In this document: positions 61,186 to 64,000 of the stretch, piece after piece
Position numbering within the stretch: the first letter of the stretch is position 1
How the letters are laid out: every line of letters starts with the position of its first letter
Source of the DNA: a virus
Taxonomy: Duplodnaviria; Heunggongvirae; Uroviricota; Caudoviricetes
IMG/VR virus record: IMGVR_UViG_3300043009_000101
Reading direction: 5' to 3' (one strand)
DNA: 64,000 bases
Notes under the pieces: model-generated
The model's input: only the letters and a program-made list of their open reading frames with translations
Database searches by the model: none
What the model was told of the DNA's origin: nothing
Position numbers and translations under genes: made by a program

Positions 61186-61330
61186 CTTTCGGCTGGATAA
61201 AACACAGGCGTGCAGCGAGGCACGCCTGGGTTTTTATGGTTCAAGGAGAAAACATATGCAAATAAGGAATCGTTCTTGGAAAGAACTGAAATAGCTTGCA
61301 TATAGAATAGGAATAGGAACTTATTCAGGC
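61186..61330 (+). repeat. Copy 1 of a duplicated about 145-bp element: hairpin (ggcgtgcagcgaggcacgcc) + T-run + SD + tiny ORF + second hairpin
   Basis: ggctggataaaacacaggcg-[hairpin]-tgggtttttatggttcaaggagaaaacatATGcaaataaggaatcgttcttggaaagaac...aatagcttgcatatagaatagg. Confidence 0.5.
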
Positions 61331-61654
61331 ACACCGCAAGCTTGCGGTGTGCCTGCTCTGGCCGAAGACAAAAAATAGAACGAATATCTGCGGTTAGCTT
61401 ACTTCGTGCAATAGCATATACCCGCATAAACCTGTCTGATTGTACTTGTATCTTTCCGCTAAATCGCTGTCTGCCAAATAATATTCTCTGTCTGCCAAAT
61501 AATATTCTCTGTCTGCAAAATAAAATGCAAGAATGAAATCGTATGCAACTTGCTGCAAAAAAAATACCCTCGACTAATCGAATCCTGTCTGCCACCCACT
61601 GCATGGGGAATATTTCTGATGCCTAACCTGGGCTAAGAGGTATAGCGGCTTGCG

Positions 61655-61795
61655 GCTGGATAAAACATAGGCGGGCTTTAGCCCGCCTGTGTTCCCTCGT
61701 TCGAGGAGGAATGTATGCAAGGTGGCAATCGTTCTTGCAAAGAACAGGTAATAGCTTGCATATAGAATAGGGCTAGGAACTTAATATGCCTACAA
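61655..61795 (+). repeat. Copy 2 of the same element, with a different but still complementary hairpin (ggcgggctttagcccgcc)
   Basis: ggctggataaaacataggcg-[hairpin]-tgtgttccctcgttcgaggaggaatgtATGcaaggtggcaatcgttcttgcaaagaac...aatagcttgcatatagaatagg. Confidence 0.5.
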
Positions 61796-62452
61796 GTGAA
61801 CTGGCAGAAAACAACCTTTGTGGCAAAAATACCCGCACTTGTTCCCATGATTTCCATGATTTCCCTAATCGCCTGACCGCCTGACCGCCTAACCTGTGCG
61901 GTGCATTATATTCTCTTTCGCCTCACATTATAAATGGAAGTATTTGCGATATGCCTGATTAGATGATATGCCTGAATATATCTATGCCTGAATACACAGG
62001 CGGAGGCGAGACGGAGCAGTGCGGAGTACTCGGTCTACCGCCTGTGCTATCTAGCAACTTGATATTAAGTGCATCGAAATGTAGATTGCATCGAAATGTC
62101 CATTTCGCCTGATAGATATAGGGAATTGCAGACAGTACTGGAAATAGTCAGGCTAGGTGCAGACAGTACTGGGAATAGTTAGGCTGGGCAGACATACAGG
62201 GCAAGCGGAATGAAAGCAAGGTATTCAGAAACTAGATACCCTCGCTGTGTTGGTGTGCAGTGAAGTAGTATGCAGAGAATGCAAAGTATAGTATTAGAAT
62301 AAAGATAGTACAGGCTAGGGAAAGATAAATGGGGAGAAAAGGCGGAAGAAAGATAAGGCGGGAATAGAAAGATGAAGAGAATACGGATGAAAACAGTGAT
62401 GGTTGAAGATAAGACAAAGCACCCGCCTTGGCGGGTGCTTTGGCTTTGCTGA

Positions 62453-63187
62453 TTAGAATTGGGGCAGATATGCTGGCGAGATGATGCCTTGCATAGCGAG
62501 TATATAATAGATTGCTGTGAACAGCATTATGCAGAGTACAAATACCCACAGAAAATGTAAGATAGGGTGGTAGGCTGTGGGGCGAGCAGGATAGGCTGCC
62601 GCTGATTCCTCGCTCTGCACTATCTTCCCAGTCTGTCCGTTCATAAACCATAACCCTCGGTTCGTCTTGAATGCATACGTTGGTACGATTATCAGACTGT
62701 AATGCGTGTTCTCCGTTCGCTCATTTATCGTCTTTAACTTGCCTGAAGGGTAGCCCTCGGGCAAACCAGAACACGTCAGGGCTGTCGTCTTTAACGTTAA
62801 ATGCACTTTCTTGTTCACTAGCTTTACTAAAAACTTGTCCTGCGGCCTGTACTCTACTTGCAGTATCGTACAGGCTCTCGTGTACTGGTTGTCAAACGGC
62901 TTCGCCTGATAAAATGTGTATGGCTCGAGGCGGTCAAGTATTCCCGCCTCAAGCTCGTATGTAGCACAAATCGGTATGTTCTCCATCATCGCCTTTACTT
63001 GCAACTTCTCGCCTTCGGCGGTTTCATATATGCCATATCCATCTGTGTCATATGCCCATATGGGTATGTATAATGGCTGCTGGGCTTCTACCTCTAAACC
63101 ATATCTCTCGATGAGATGCTGCCTTGCCTGCATCTCATCTAACAGATACGGGATTACATAACGGGGCTCTTCTTGTACCTTGCTCAC
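62453..63187 (-). CDS. Hypothetical protein with a C-terminal TM helix (244 aa, GC-rich)
   Basis: Long ORF at about 50% GC; no motif recognised. Confidence 0.5.
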   Translation of the reverse strand: MSKVQEEPRYVIPYLLDEMQARQHLIERYGLEVEAQQPLYIPIWAYDTDGYGIYETAEGEKLQVKAMMENIPICATYELEAGILDRLEPYTFYQAKPFDNQYTRACTILQVEYRPQDKFLVKLVNKKVHLTLKTTALTCSGLPEGYPSGKLKTINERTENTHYSLIIVPTYAFKTNRGLWFMNGQTGKIVQSEESAAAYPARPTAYHPILHFLWVFVLCIMLFTAIYYILAMQGIISPAYLPQF

Positions 63188-63369
63188 GGCTTCGCCTCCT
63201 CTTCAAATTTGGCTTGCCGCCTGTATGCATAATTCGGCAACTCATAGCCTTCCACTTCTGCTCCTTTCGGGGCAGAAGTGTATTTCTTCTTGTGGTATCG
63301 CCATGTGTCTGCTACTGCTATTGCTAAGGATAACAGTATGATTACGGTTAAAATGATTTCTGCTTTCAT
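63184..63369 (-). CDS. Possible small membrane protein (61 aa)
   Basis: MKAEIILTVIILLSLAIAVA...; 4-nt overlap with the downstream gene; no clear RBS. Confidence 0.3.
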   Translation of the reverse strand: MKAEIILTVIILLSLAIAVADTWRYHKKKYTSAPKGAEVEGYELPNYAYRRQAKFEEEAKP

Positions 63370-63579
63370 ATCTTCTATATTGGTTTTCACCTCGTGGCGA
63401 AACACACCACTAAACACAAGGTGCTTCGTGGCTGCGGCAAAGTTCTCTTTTCTTCCATGAGAGGTTGTTGGGTGCAGACAATCTGTCAGCTTGCATGCTA
63501 GGAAACGAATAATTTGCTTGCAGAGTTCCCTAGGTTGGCAGCATACAGGCACTAGGTCGCTCGGCTGCTTGTATTATTA

Positions 63580-64000
63580 AGAACAGTAGGGCTTCGATTC
63601 TATAAGCCAAGGCAGTAGGGCTTCATTTAGATAAGCCAAGGCGGTAGGGCTTCATTTAGATAAGCCAAAGTAAAACTAAGCCAAGAGCAGACGAGCAGTC
63701 TTTAGGTCGCTCGTCTGCCTGTATTATTAAAAGCAGTCAGGCTTTAAGCAGATAGGCCAAGGCGGTTGGGCTTCATTTAGATATGCCAAGGCAGTAGGGC
63801 TTCATTTAGATATGCCAAGGCAGTAGGGCTTCATTTAGATATGCCAAGGCAGTAGGGCTTCATTTAGATATGCCAAGGCAGTAGGGCTTCATTTAGATAT
63901 GCCAAGGTAAAACTAAGCCAAGAGCAGACGAGCAGTCTTTAGGTCGCTCGTCTGCCTGTATTATTAAAAGCAGTCAGGCTTTAAGCAGATAGGCCAAGGC
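63580..64000. repeat. Higher-order tandem repeat: 28-bp units (gccaaggcagtagggcttcatttagata) in about 230-bp super-units bounded by hairpins
   Basis: At least 10 copies of the 28-mer; boundary element 'taaaactaagccaagagcagacgagcagtctttaggtcgctcgtctgcctgtattattaa' occurs twice; runs to the window edge. Confidence 0.9.

Noticed and set aside
61560-61600. tRNA-like 'aatcgaatcc' T-loop-like motif
   Set aside because: No acceptor-stem or anticodon-stem complementarity around it. The motif belongs to a short repeat ('ctaatcgaat') seen at 61137 and 61577.
62232-62651. 139-aa minus-strand ORF
   Set aside because: Overlaps the 3' end of the 244-aa gene in another frame; low-complexity Ser/Leu/Phe composition.
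63580-64000. Possible CRISPR array
   Set aside because: The 28-bp units are contiguous with no unique spacers; no cas genes are present (IscB is not part of a CRISPR locus).

Overview
AT-rich (about 35-40% GC in coding DNA) Firmicutes-like chromosomal segment. After about 14 kb almost every gene is on the minus strand. Read by eye from the 6-frame ORF track; no database searches were run and motif matches to reference proteins were made from memory.

Main content:
- Conserved or recognisable genes: secG, NAD-dependent DNA ligase (ligA), an SPFH/NfeD pair, a lipoprotein with a transglutaminase-like domain, and a DnaQ-like exonuclease fusion.
- An IscB (OMEGA-type RNA-guided nuclease with a PLMP N-terminus, RuvC-I/II/III and HNH motifs) with a structured upstream non-coding region that is the expected omega-RNA.
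- A GC-rich RNA-repair cassette: a T4 Pnk-like kinase fused to an HD domain, plus an ATP-dependent RNA ligase.
- Two giant paralogous surface proteins built from about 80-aa beta-repeats. One of them is split into three ORFs by frameshifts sitting exactly on an (AT)5 tract and a G6 tract.
- A roughly 15-kb island (43.8-58.7 kb) holding three C5-cytosine methyltransferases, a DpnII-family endonuclease, an HNH endonuclease and at least 19 copies of one unrecognised ~110-aa domain. These copies occur as tightly packed arrays of single-domain genes and tandem-domain fusions. This is the most unusual content of the window.

The intergenic DNA is saturated with short tandem repeats (6, 15, 16, 18, 28 and ~180 bp units), with segmentally duplicated non-coding modules, and with a family of composite hairpins whose stems differ between copies yet stay complementary.
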